64,000 nucleotides of DNA from Betaproteobacteria bacterium (GTDB lineage Bacteria; Pseudomonadota; Gammaproteobacteria; Burkholderiales; SG8-39): positions 24,934-88,933 of the forward strand of contig JAJDOG010000096.1 of assembly GCA_022340285.1 (NCBI GenBank), written 5' to 3'. The notes under the pieces were generated by a model that had not been told where the DNA came from, did not search any database, and saw only the letters and a program-made list of their open reading frames with translations. A program made the translations under genes and the position numbers. Positions 54,395 to 63,335 of this stretch are shown here, in pieces (position 1 is the first letter of the stretch; every line of letters begins with the position of its first letter).

Positions 54395-55264
54395 ATGTCG
54401 CAGACGGTCTACCTGAACGGCGAGTTCATGCCGCTCGCCGAGGCGCGCGTTCCGGTGCTCGACCGCGGATTCATCTTCGGCGACGGGGTCTACGAGGTCG
54501 TGCCGGTCTATGCACGCAAGCCGCTGCGACTCGCCGAGCATCTCGCACGGATGCAGAACAGCCTGGATGCGATCCGCTTGCGAAATCCCCTCACGACGGA
54601 CCAATGGACGCATCTCGTGAGCCAGATCGTCGAGCGCAATCCGTGGGACGATCAGAGCGTCTACGTCCAGGTGACGCGCGGCGTGGCGCCGCGCGATCAG
54701 GCTTTCCCGGTCGACGCCACCCCAACCGTGTTCATCATGGCGAACCCGATGTCCAAGCCGAGCGCCGAGCAGCGCGAGCGGGGCGTGGGCGTGATCACGG
54801 CCGAGGACTTCCGCTGGCAACGATGCGATATCAAGTCGGTGTCGCTGCTGGCGAACTGCCTGCTTCGCCAGCTCGCCGCCGACGCGGGATGCGTCGAGGC
54901 GATCCTGCTGCGCGACGGGTATGTGACGGAGGCGTCGACCAGCAACGTGTTCGTCGTGAAGCACGGCGTGATCGTGAGCCCGCCGAAGGATCGCCGCATC
55001 CTTCCGGGCATCACGCTCGATCTGGTGCTCGATCTCGCGCGCGAGGCGAAGTTACCGCTCGAGATCCGGCCGGTGACGGAGCGTGAGCTCCGCGAGGCGG
55101 ACGAAATCTGGGTTTCATCGTCGACCAAAGAAGTGCTGCCGGTCACGATGCTGGACGGCAAGCCGGTCGGCGGCGGGACACCGGGACCGGTGTACGCCCG
55201 CATGTACGGGCTCTACCAGGAGCACAAGGCGCGCATCGCCGGCGCCGGCGCGGCGCATGCTTGA
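54395..55264 (+). CDS. class IV (fold type IV) aminotransferase, D-amino-acid transaminase-like
   Basis: Track ORF 53489-55264 trimmed to the ATG at 54395 (GAGGAG upstream). …VPVLDRGFIFGDGVYEVV… and …CDIKSVSLL… are typical of class IV enzymes. D-amino-acid versus branched-chain specificity is not decidable by eye. Confidence 0.78.
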   Translation: MSQTVYLNGEFMPLAEARVPVLDRGFIFGDGVYEVVPVYARKPLRLAEHLARMQNSLDAIRLRNPLTTDQWTHLVSQIVERNPWDDQSVYVQVTRGVAPRDQAFPVDATPTVFIMANPMSKPSAEQRERGVGVITAEDFRWQRCDIKSVSLLANCLLRQLAADAGCVEAILLRDGYVTEASTSNVFVVKHGVIVSPPKDRRILPGITLDLVLDLAREAKLPLEIRPVTERELREADEIWVSSSTKEVLPVTMLDGKPVGGGTPGPVYARMYGLYQEHKARIAGAGAAHA

Positions 55265-55526
55265 AAACGCCGAGTCCCTGCTCGCATTCCCGTGCGAGTT
55301 CCCGATCAAGGTGATGGGTCGGACCCAGCCCGGGTTCGCGCAGTCCGTCGTGAGCGTGGTGCAACGGCACGCACCGGACTTCGATCCCGGCACGGTCGAA
55401 ATGCGCTCCAGCAGGGAAGGAAACTATCTCTCGGTCACCGTCATCGTCAACGCGACGTCGCGCGAGCAGCTCGACGACCTCTACCGGGAGCTCTGTGACC
55501 ACCCGATGGTGACGATGGTTCTATGA
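55257..55526 (+). CDS. ybeD: YbeD-family (DUF493) protein
   Basis: 89-aa ORF (…[11 protein letters not shown]…) immediately upstream of lipB, as in E. coli. Confidence 0.8.
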   Translation: MLENAESLLAFPCEFPIKVMGRTQPGFAQSVVSVVQRHAPDFDPGTVEMRSSREGNYLSVTVIVNATSREQLDDLYRELCDHPMVTMVL

Positions 55527-56164
55527 AGGTCCGGCAGCTCGGGCGCGTGGAATACCTCCCGACGGTCGATGCAATGCGCGAGTTCACTGCCGCGCGCGGT
55601 CCCGGAACGCCCGACGAGCTCTGGGTCCTCGAGCATCCGCCCGTCTACACGCTCGGGCAGGCGAGCCGGGCGGAGCATCTCCCGCGCAGATCGGCGATTC
55701 CGGTTGTGCGGACCGACCGCGGCGGCCAAATCACCTACCATGGGCCGGGCCAGGCGATCGTGTACGTGATGGTGGATCTTTCGCGACACAGATTGACCGT
55801 CCGCGAGCTCGTGCGCCGGATCGAGGAAAGCGTCATGGAGTTGCTGGCGGCGCACGGCATCGCCGCCGATCGGCGCGCGGGTGCGCCCGGCGTATACGTG
55901 AACGGCGCCAAGGTTGCGGCGCTGGGACTGCGCGTTCGCCACGGCCGCAGCTACCACGGCGTCGCGCTCAATGTCGACATGGACCTTGCGCCGTATACTG
56001 ACATCGATCCGTGCGGATATCCCGGGCTGTCAGTGACGCAGATTGCGGATCTCGGCGTTCGGCTCACGCCCGCGCAGGCGGGTCTGGCGCTCGCCGAGGC
56101 CATTTCGCAGGAGCTGGAATCGCGCGCGGAAGCGCATGCAGAGGCGGATTCGACGCAACGATGA
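55523..56164 (+). CDS. lipB: octanoyltransferase
   Basis: 213-aa ORF (…[14 protein letters not shown]…, …KVAALGLRV…) with a 4-nt overlap with ybeD. Confidence 0.93.
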   Translation: MKVRQLGRVEYLPTVDAMREFTAARGPGTPDELWVLEHPPVYTLGQASRAEHLPRRSAIPVVRTDRGGQITYHGPGQAIVYVMVDLSRHRLTVRELVRRIEESVMELLAAHGIAADRRAGAPGVYVNGAKVAALGLRVRHGRSYHGVALNVDMDLAPYTDIDPCGYPGLSVTQIADLGVRLTPAQAGLALAEAISQELESRAEAHAEADSTQR

Positions 56165-57138
56165 AACCGGAGAGAGAAATCGATAGCGGGCCCGGCGCCG
56201 GCGTACCGACGAAGCAGAAGGGCGCTGACAAGACTTCCCGGAATCCGGTGAAGGTCGTGGCACGCGGACCCGCGCTCAGAAAGCCCGAATGGATCCGGGT
56301 TCGCGCGGCGGGACCCGGTTCCCGCTTCTTCGAGATCAAGGACATCCTGCGCCGCCATCGGCTTCACACGGTATGCGAAGAAGCCTCGTGCCCGAACATC
56401 GGCGAGTGCTTCGGCAAAGGCACGGCGACGTTCATGATCCTGGGCGATCTCTGCACCCGGCGCTGTCCGTTCTGTGACGTGGCGCACGGGCGGCCGAAGG
56501 CGCCGGACCCGGAGGAGCCACTGCACCTCGCGCAGACCATCGCCGCGTTGCGCCTCTCGTACGTCGTCATCACGAGCGTCGACCGCGACGATCTCCGCGA
56601 CGGCGGCGCCGGACACTTTGCCGCGTGCATCGACGAAGTGCGAGAGCACTCGCCGCACACCCGAATCGAAGTGCTTGTCCCCGATTTCCGCGGCCGGCTG
56701 GACGCCGCGCTCGACATCCTTGCCGCAGCGCCACCCGACGTCATGAATCACAACCTCGAAACCGTGCCGCGACTCTACCGGCAGGCGCGGCCCGGAGCGG
56801 ATTACGCGCATTCGCTCAGGTTGCTCGCCGAGTACAAGTCGGTGCAGCCGGCGGTGCCTACCAAGTCCGGGCTGATGGTCGGGCTCGGCGAGACCGACGA
56901 GGAAATCCTTCAGGTCATGCGCGATTTGCGCGCCCATGGCGTGGACATGCTGACGATCGGGCAGTACCTGCAGCCGTCGGGGCATCATCTCCCGGTGACG
57001 CGGTACGCGCACCCGGACGTCTTCGCGATGTTCGAGCACGAGGCGCGGGCAATGGGTTTCGTGCATGCCGCGGTCGGACCGATGGTCCGATCGAGCTATC
57101 ACGCCGACCAGCAGGCGCACGAGGCGGGCGTCGCATAG
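56161..57138 (+). CDS. lipA: lipoyl synthase
   Basis: Track ORF 56011-57138 trimmed to the ATG at 56161, which overlaps the lipB stop. Both motifs are present: radical-SAM CTRRCPFC and auxiliary-cluster [12 protein letters not shown]. Confidence 0.95.
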   Translation: MKPEREIDSGPGAGVPTKQKGADKTSRNPVKVVARGPALRKPEWIRVRAAGPGSRFFEIKDILRRHRLHTVCEEASCPNIGECFGKGTATFMILGDLCTRRCPFCDVAHGRPKAPDPEEPLHLAQTIAALRLSYVVITSVDRDDLRDGGAGHFAACIDEVREHSPHTRIEVLVPDFRGRLDAALDILAAAPPDVMNHNLETVPRLYRQARPGADYAHSLRLLAEYKSVQPAVPTKSGLMVGLGETDEEILQVMRDLRAHGVDMLTIGQYLQPSGHHLPVTRYAHPDVFAMFEHEARAMGFVHAAVGPMVRSSYHADQQAHEAGVA

Positions 57139-57200
57139 GGTTCCGCCCCGTGGGTCCCCTCTGGGCGACGCGTTCACGCACCCCTCAAGGGAGTTCTTTC

Positions 57201-57887
57201 ATGCGCCACTTTTCCGTAGCGATCGCTCTCGTCCTGGCGCTCGTCTGCCCGGCCATGGCCGTCACGATCGCCGGCCTCTCGAACCAGGAGGCGGTACGGG
57301 GTTTGAAGGAGGCGTTGGTCCTGGGCGCCGACAAGGCAGTCTCGCAGCTCGGCACGGCCGACGGCTTTCTCGGCAACGCGAAGGTCAGGATCCCGCTTCC
57401 CGATTCGCTACGGCAGGCCGAAAGTGTCATGCGCATGGTGGGCATGGGGGCCCAGGCGGACGAGCTCATCACGAGCATGAACCGCGCCGCCGAGATGGCC
57501 GTGAACGAAGCAAAGCCTCTGCTCGTCGACGCGGTGAAGCGCATGAGCGTCCAGGATGCCAAGGGTATTCTCACCGGCGGCGACGACGCCGCCACGCAGT
57601 ACTTCCGGCGCACGACGTCGGATGCGCTCACTCAGAGATTTCTGCCGATCGTGAAGCAGATGACCGCGCGCGTGAACCTGGCGCAGCTCTACAACCAGTA
57701 CGCCGGCCAAGCGGCGGCGTTCGGCGTCATCGACCCCAAGGACGCCAACATCGACAACTATGTCACGCGCAAGGCGCTCGACGGGCTCTTCCTGGTGATC
57801 GCCGAACAGGAGCGTGCGATCCGCAAGGACCCGGTCGGGGCCGCCTCGAACATCGTGCAAAAGGTGTTTGGAGCGATCGGCAGGTAG
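57201..57887 (+). CDS. DUF4197 domain-containing secreted protein
   Basis: Track ORF 56625-57887 trimmed to the ATG at 57201 (signal peptide MRHFSVAIALVLALVCPAMA). …GLKEAL..G…FLGNAKVRIPLP… matches DUF4197 as I remember it. Confidence 0.7.
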   Translation: MRHFSVAIALVLALVCPAMAVTIAGLSNQEAVRGLKEALVLGADKAVSQLGTADGFLGNAKVRIPLPDSLRQAESVMRMVGMGAQADELITSMNRAAEMAVNEAKPLLVDAVKRMSVQDAKGILTGGDDAATQYFRRTTSDALTQRFLPIVKQMTARVNLAQLYNQYAGQAAAFGVIDPKDANIDNYVTRKALDGLFLVIAEQERAIRKDPVGAASNIVQKVFGAIGR

Positions 57888-57923
57888 CCGCCATGCGGTG
57901 GAGCGAAGCGTCGCTCTCGCGCC

Positions 57924-58715
57924 TCAAATGCGCGGCTCCTCGTCGAGGCGCACCACGATGCCCTCGAGCTCCGCGCTCGGTGCGCGATAGCGCTGCATGA
58001 CGAGCGGATCGTGGCCGGGTACGACGTGCTGCGGCGCCGATGCGAGCTCGCGCAGCCGACGCCAGCCGTCCACCATTTTGGCGACGTCGATGACGATCGG
58101 AAACGGCCGGCCCTGCTCCATGTTGGCGTAGTAGTGGCTCGCGTCGGACGCGAGCACGAGCCAACCCACGCGCGTCCAGACGCGGACGGCCTGCAATCCG
58201 AGCGTGTGGCCGCCGATGCGATGCACCGAGAGGCCCGGCGCCAGCTCGGCGTCGCCATCGTGGAACGTGACGCGCCCCGCGTACACGTTCCGCACCATCC
58301 CGATGACTTCCTCGAGTTCGTAGGCGTAAGCGAAATTCGCGTTGGCCATGTAGCGCCCGGTGGCGAACTGCATCTCGAGGTCCTGCAGATGAAAGGTTGC
58401 GCCGGGGAAGAGGTCGAAGTTTCCGACATGATCGTAGTGCAGGTGCGTGAGCACCACTTGCCCGATCGAGGCCGGATCGACGCCCAACAGAGCCAGGCCC
58501 TCCGCGGGCGAGCGCAGGAATTCGCGCTTGCGCCGGCGTCCCGCGTCACGATTGAAGCCGGTATCGACGACGAAGGTCCCGTTTGCGCCTCGCACCAGCC
58601 AAACGAAGTAATCGAGGCTCGTCGCGATATCGTGCGGGTCGCCGCCGATGAAGTTCTCGGCCGACCGGCGCGCCATGGTCGCATAACGTATCGCGTAGAC
58701 CTCGTATGGCTCCAT
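57924..58715 (-). CDS. MBL-fold metallo-hydrolase, N-acyl-homoserine-lactonase-like
   Basis: 263-aa ORF with HxHxDH (LTHLHYDHVGN) and downstream His/Asp ligands (…GGHTLG…, …SDASHYY…, …PGHDP…). Confidence 0.8.
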   Translation of the reverse strand: MEPYEVYAIRYATMARRSAENFIGGDPHDIATSLDYFVWLVRGANGTFVVDTGFNRDAGRRRKREFLRSPAEGLALLGVDPASIGQVVLTHLHYDHVGNFDLFPGATFHLQDLEMQFATGRYMANANFAYAYELEEVIGMVRNVYAGRVTFHDGDAELAPGLSVHRIGGHTLGLQAVRVWTRVGWLVLASDASHYYANMEQGRPFPIVIDVAKMVDGWRRLRELASAPQHVVPGHDPLVMQRYRAPSAELEGIVVRLDEEPRI

Positions 58716-58782
58716 GGCGGAAAGATTAACCCGCTTCCAAGCGTCCCGCCACCGGCGTGCGCAAGGAGCGTCCGGTGCGATG

Positions 58783-59379
58783 CTAGAGGAGGATGCTGAG
58801 ATTTCGCAGGCTCTGATCGAAATCGATCAGGTTCACCTGCTTCACCCTTATCTCCCAGCCGCCGGCGTGCTCGCTCACGCGGTGAGCGCACCAGCCAGAG
58901 AGGATGCGGCTTTGCTGGGCGCGGAACTCACTGACGAGGAACGTCGAGCGAATCATCCACACCGACGCCTCTGCGGTGCGGAAAACCTCGACGTTCGAGA
59001 CCACGTGGACGGTCCGAGACTGCGGCACCTGCGACCAGGCGTAACCCGTGCGCAGGCGGAAGATCCGGCTTTCCAGCTGTCGTCGGTCGTCGAACACGAT
59101 GGCGACCTCCCGGCGCGGATCGCCGCCGCCGGGCGTTCCGGGCACCCAGTACAGGCACTCGGGCGCGTACAGCGCGAGCCACTCGTCGAGCTGCCCCTGA
59201 TCGAGCAGGCGCGCCTCGCGCTCGAGCAGCGCGCGACATCGATCACGAAGCGCGGGATCTGCCACCGCGAGCTCGTCACGCTGCCAATTGGAAAAGTCGG
59301 AAAAGTCTTTGACGAGGGTCCCGTAGTACGTCTCATCGACGTACCACGATGAAAGTGACGGGTCACGCTCCGGTCGCAT
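58783..59379 (-). CDS. aromatic-ring-hydroxylating (Rieske) oxygenase beta subunit
   Basis: 198-aa NTF2-like ORF placed 9 nt after the alpha subunit (…EWLALYAPECLYWVP…), typical of RHO small subunits. Confidence 0.8.
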   Translation of the reverse strand: MRPERDPSLSSWYVDETYYGTLVKDFSDFSNWQRDELAVADPALRDRCRALLEREARLLDQGQLDEWLALYAPECLYWVPGTPGGGDPRREVAIVFDDRRQLESRIFRLRTGYAWSQVPQSRTVHVVSNVEVFRTAEASVWMIRSTFLVSEFRAQQSRILSGWCAHRVSEHAGGWEIRVKQVNLIDFDQSLRNLSILL

Positions 59380-59388
59380 GCCCCGCCC

Positions 59389-60771
59389 TCACGGCTCGCG
59401 CCGGACACGAAGCGCCGGCCGGGACTGCATGATGCGCCGCCACTCCTTGATGTACTCCCGCATGAACACCTCGTCGGTCGCCGGCGCGGTGATGACGCCG
59501 TTTTCGTCAACCTTGATCCGGCCGGGAATATCCATGCCCCGATGCATGTAGACCCACTCGTCCTCGATGGCGGCAAGCCCCCGCTGGATCTCCTCGAAGT
59601 TTGCCGCGTCGTCGACCTCGCCGAAATTCGGAAAGGATTCCATGGTGCGCATGCGCAGCGCGTTCACGGCGTCGACCGCTCCCTCCAGCTCGCCCGCCTC
59701 GTCGATGACGGCAGTGCCGTGCCACACCAGGTTCGTCTCGTTCACGGCGATGGGCTCGATGACCTGGACGTGATTGCCGAGAATGAGCAGGTTGGGGAAA
59801 ACGTTGATGTTCACGGGCTCCGACGCCGCGAGGTCGAGCGCCCGGTTCGCCTTGTCGCCGAGGCGCTGCCTGATCTCGTTCTCGAAGTACTCCATCCCGG
59901 GATGAGCACCCTCGATCTCCCAGAGCGCGCCCGGGCGCTGCTCGACGTTCGGTCGCTTGTCCTTGAAGTGGTGGCCGTTGCCGAAATACCGGCAGTACAT
60001 CGGCGCATCGTCGGGTTTCGATCGATAGAACGACATGCCTTTCTTCGACTCGTCCGCCAGCCGGTTCTCCATCTCCAGCAGAGAGCGATGCGAAAACACG
60101 ACGTGGTAGCCGTCGCAGGAGTTGTCGTACGCGAGCTTCCAGTTGCCCTGGTATTTGAGACGGTTGGCGCCCGCGAAAACCACCCTTCCGCCCGGGTGGC
60201 GGTCCAGCCATTCGTCGATCGGCTGTGTGACCGGGCCCAGATGCTCGGCAAGCGACGGCGCATCGGCGTTCAGCGTGCCGAAGATGAAACCCCGGTAGCT
60301 CTCCACGCGCGGCACTTGCGCGAGATTGAACTGCGCGTCCTTGAAATCGCACGCGTAGCCGTCGGGCCACGGCACGCCGGAGAGCTTCCCGCTGTTGAGA
60401 TAGGTCCAGCCGTGATACGGGCACTGAAACGCCTTGGCCGAGCCCCGCTCGTGGCGGCAGAGCGTCGTGCCGCGATGCGTGCACCGGTTGTACAGCGCCC
60501 GGATGCCTCCCGCGCTGTCGCGCACGACGATGATGGGACGCAGGCCGAGCCGCGTGGTGACGAAATCGTCGTTGCGCGGAATCTGGCTTTCGTGGGCGAG
60601 ATACACCCAGATCCCGCCGAACACCTTCGTCATCTCCTCCGCGAAGATGCCCGGGTCGGTGTAGATCAGGCGATGGACGCGATCCTCCTGGACGAGGACG
60701 TCCAGATTGCGGCGCGGCGCGGCCTCATCGAGTGTGCCCGGGGGTGCCGCCGGCTGCTCCAGTTTCGACAT
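59389..60771 (-). CDS. Rieske non-heme iron oxygenase alpha subunit
   Basis: 460-aa ORF with the Rieske motif CTHRGTTLC…CPYHGWTY and the mononuclear-iron motif NSCDGYHVVFSH. Confidence 0.88.
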   Translation of the reverse strand: MSKLEQPAAPPGTLDEAAPRRNLDVLVQEDRVHRLIYTDPGIFAEEMTKVFGGIWVYLAHESQIPRNDDFVTTRLGLRPIIVVRDSAGGIRALYNRCTHRGTTLCRHERGSAKAFQCPYHGWTYLNSGKLSGVPWPDGYACDFKDAQFNLAQVPRVESYRGFIFGTLNADAPSLAEHLGPVTQPIDEWLDRHPGGRVVFAGANRLKYQGNWKLAYDNSCDGYHVVFSHRSLLEMENRLADESKKGMSFYRSKPDDAPMYCRYFGNGHHFKDKRPNVEQRPGALWEIEGAHPGMEYFENEIRQRLGDKANRALDLAASEPVNINVFPNLLILGNHVQVIEPIAVNETNLVWHGTAVIDEAGELEGAVDAVNALRMRTMESFPNFGEVDDAANFEEIQRGLAAIEDEWVYMHRGMDIPGRIKVDENGVITAPATDEVFMREYIKEWRRIMQSRPALRVRREP

Positions 60772-60849
60772 CGCGCTTCCCTCTGCCTCTGCGTTTCAGC
60801 CTACGCGCGTGCGCCTCTTGCGTCCAGCGTCGTAAGCGGCCACTGGGAC

Positions 60850-62340
60850 CTAGAAATAATCAAAGTACTCGCTCTGCTCCCACTCGGTCGGCTCGTCGCG
60901 CCAGTCCTGCACGCCGCTGGTCTCGAGGTAGCGCAGGAATCTTCCCGCCTCGTTGCGCTTCAGCTTGAGGAAGTAGTCAAAGAAGATGTCGCCGATCTCC
61001 CGGCGGAACAGGGCGCTCCGCTCGAGGGCGTCGAGCGCATCCATGAGCGAGGTCGGCAGCATGGGGCGGTCGGCAGCATAGGGCGCGAGATCCGGCGGAC
61101 CGGGATCGCGCTCCTCCGAGATGCCGTCGAGTCCCGCAACGACCTGCGAGAGCAGGAAGAGATAGGGATTCGCGGCCGGCTCTCCGGCGCGATTCTCGAG
61201 GCGCGTGCGCGGATCGCCCGCGCCACCGAGGGCACGGATCATCGCGCCCCGATGATCGACGCCCCAGCCGCTGCGGTCCGGCGCGAGCGAGTTCGGGCGA
61301 TAGCGTCTGTAGCCGTTGACGGTGGGCGTGGCAAAGACGGTTGCCGCAACCGCGTGCTCGAGCAGACCCCCGAGAAACGAGCGGCCGAGCGACGATAGGG
61401 ATTCGCCATTCCCTTTCGGCATGAAGAGATTCTTGCCGGTCTGTGCGTCGGCGACCGACTGATGCAGGTGCCAGCCACTTGCGTAGTAGCCCTTCAGGGC
61501 GGGCCGAGCCATGAACGTCGCGAGGAAGCCCATCCGCCGGCAGATCTGCTTCGTCGCCGTGCGGAAGAGCAGCATGTCGTCGGCGGCCTGCAGGGCCGGC
61601 GAAGCGGTGAACGTGCATTCGATCTGACCGGGCCCCCACTCGTTTTCCATGGAACGAAGCGGGAGTCGCAGCGCCTCGAAGGCCTCTTGAAGCGCGGTGA
61701 GCACCGGTTGCATCAAGTCCATGTTCGATTCCGAGTGGTACGCGTAGCCGGGCTCGACTGGATACGTCCGGATCGCTCGCCCCCGCATTCCGGGAGCACC
61801 GACATGCTCCTCGGTCAGGTGTTCCTCGGCGACACGCGTGAGGTACCACTCCACCTCGAGACCGACGACGTAGTCCCTGCGCTCCTCGCTCAGCCGTCGC
61901 AGCTGCCTGCGCAGGAGGTGGCGGGGGGAAAAATGGTAGGCCGCCCCGCTCGTGAAATATTCGTCGCACAGTACCCAGCCGACCTCCGGGGCCCACGGCA
62001 GGACGCGAAACGTGCCGGGATCGGGGACGATCACGATGTTCGGCGAACCGGTCATCTCGTCCAGATCCATGCCGCCGCCGCGCGTGAACGAGCTGAACGT
62101 GCGCGCGCCCGACGCGTCCAGCGTCGTGGTCGCGACGTTGATGTTGTATCCCTCGGCAAGGGCCTCGGTGAACACCGGTATGGTGACCGCCTTGGCGCGC
62201 GCCCAGCCGTGCGGGTCCGCCCATGCGAGGCGAACGAGCCGCAAGCTCTGCTTGCGTACCCGCGCCACAAGCTCCCTGGCCTGCTTCTTCTGGTCCTCCG
62301 ACCAGAGGCCGTGTCTTTCGATGAACCCCTTGCGGGTCAT
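60850..62340 (-). CDS. glutamine-synthetase-family ligase (gamma-glutamyl-amine synthetase-like)
   Basis: 496-aa ORF with GS catalytic-domain features (…NEWGPGQIECTF…, …YYASGWHLHQS…, …NRGAMIR…). This is not the housekeeping GlnA pattern. Confidence 0.85.
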   Translation of the reverse strand: MTRKGFIERHGLWSEDQKKQARELVARVRKQSLRLVRLAWADPHGWARAKAVTIPVFTEALAEGYNINVATTTLDASGARTFSSFTRGGGMDLDEMTGSPNIVIVPDPGTFRVLPWAPEVGWVLCDEYFTSGAAYHFSPRHLLRRQLRRLSEERRDYVVGLEVEWYLTRVAEEHLTEEHVGAPGMRGRAIRTYPVEPGYAYHSESNMDLMQPVLTALQEAFEALRLPLRSMENEWGPGQIECTFTASPALQAADDMLLFRTATKQICRRMGFLATFMARPALKGYYASGWHLHQSVADAQTGKNLFMPKGNGESLSSLGRSFLGGLLEHAVAATVFATPTVNGYRRYRPNSLAPDRSGWGVDHRGAMIRALGGAGDPRTRLENRAGEPAANPYLFLLSQVVAGLDGISEERDPGPPDLAPYAADRPMLPTSLMDALDALERSALFRREIGDIFFDYFLKLKRNEAGRFLRYLETSGVQDWRDEPTEWEQSEYFDYF

Positions 62341-62365
62341 CCCCGTTCGTCTCCTTGCATGCGAC

Positions 62366-63298
62366 TCAGCCGCGCTCCTTCCTGGGAAGTTCGCTTCCCG
62401 CGAGGCGCTCCCAGTGCTTCAACGCCGCCGTGTGATCGGCCGCGCCGCCGAGCTCGCGCTCGGCGGCGGCCCACTCCGCGAGGCAGACCTCGGCGAGCGG
62501 CGCCGGCATCTTGGTCGCTTGCGCCACTTCGAGGGCGATGCGCAGATCCTTGACCATCAGTCCGACCGTGAATCCGGCATCGAACGTGCGCGGCAGGACG
62601 AACTGCGGGAACTTGTTCTCCGTCGAATTGTTGCGACCTGTCGACGCATTGAGAATCGTGACGATCGTCTCGGGTTCGATCCCGAAGCGGGCGCCTGCGA
62701 GCACCGCCTCGGCGGCGGCTGCAAACCCCGCGGCGGAGACGTAGTTGTTCAACGCCTTCATCGCATGCCCGGCACCGAGCGGCCCGGTCGCGAAAACATT
62801 CTTTCCCATGGCCTCGAGCACCGGGCGCACGGCCTCGATCGTGGCGGGATCGCCGCCGGCCATGATCGAGAGCGTGCCGTCGACCGCTTTCCTCACACCG
62901 CCCGACACGGGTGCGTCGAGGAGCGTGATGCCACGCGCCTCGAGCGCCTTTCCGAGCTCGCGCGTGCCGGTCGGCGAGGACGAGCTCATGTCGATCACCA
63001 CGGAGCCGCGTGCGAGCCCGGCGGCCAGGCAGTCTTCCCCGGCGCCCAGCGCGACCCGACGCACGGTGGCGCCGTCGGGCAGCATCGTGATCACCACGCG
63101 GCACGCAGCACCGAGCGATTTAAGGTCAGCCGGCGTTTCGCAGGGAATGTCGGCCGCGAGGCGACGTACCGCTTCGGCACTCGCATCGGCCACCGCCAGC
63201 CCAAAGCCGGCACGCGCGAGATTGCGGGCCATCGGAGCGCCCATCTGCCCGAGCCCGACCAGTCCGATCCGCTCCGGAGCGCGAATGGTTTCAGTCAT
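62366..63298 (-). CDS. NAD(P)-dependent beta-hydroxyacid dehydrogenase (3-hydroxyisobutyrate dehydrogenase family)
   Basis: 310-aa ORF with a Rossmann motif (IGLVGLGQMGAPMARNL) and a 6PGDH-like C-terminal domain. Confidence 0.85.
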   Translation of the reverse strand: MTETIRAPERIGLVGLGQMGAPMARNLARAGFGLAVADASAEAVRRLAADIPCETPADLKSLGAACRVVITMLPDGATVRRVALGAGEDCLAAGLARGSVVIDMSSSSPTGTRELGKALEARGITLLDAPVSGGVRKAVDGTLSIMAGGDPATIEAVRPVLEAMGKNVFATGPLGAGHAMKALNNYVSAAGFAAAAEAVLAGARFGIEPETIVTILNASTGRNNSTENKFPQFVLPRTFDAGFTVGLMVKDLRIALEVAQATKMPAPLAEVCLAEWAAAERELGGAADHTAALKHWERLAGSELPRKERG

Positions 63299-63335
63299 GC
63301 TGCCTCCTCTGCCTGTTCATCCCCTCACTCCTGCA

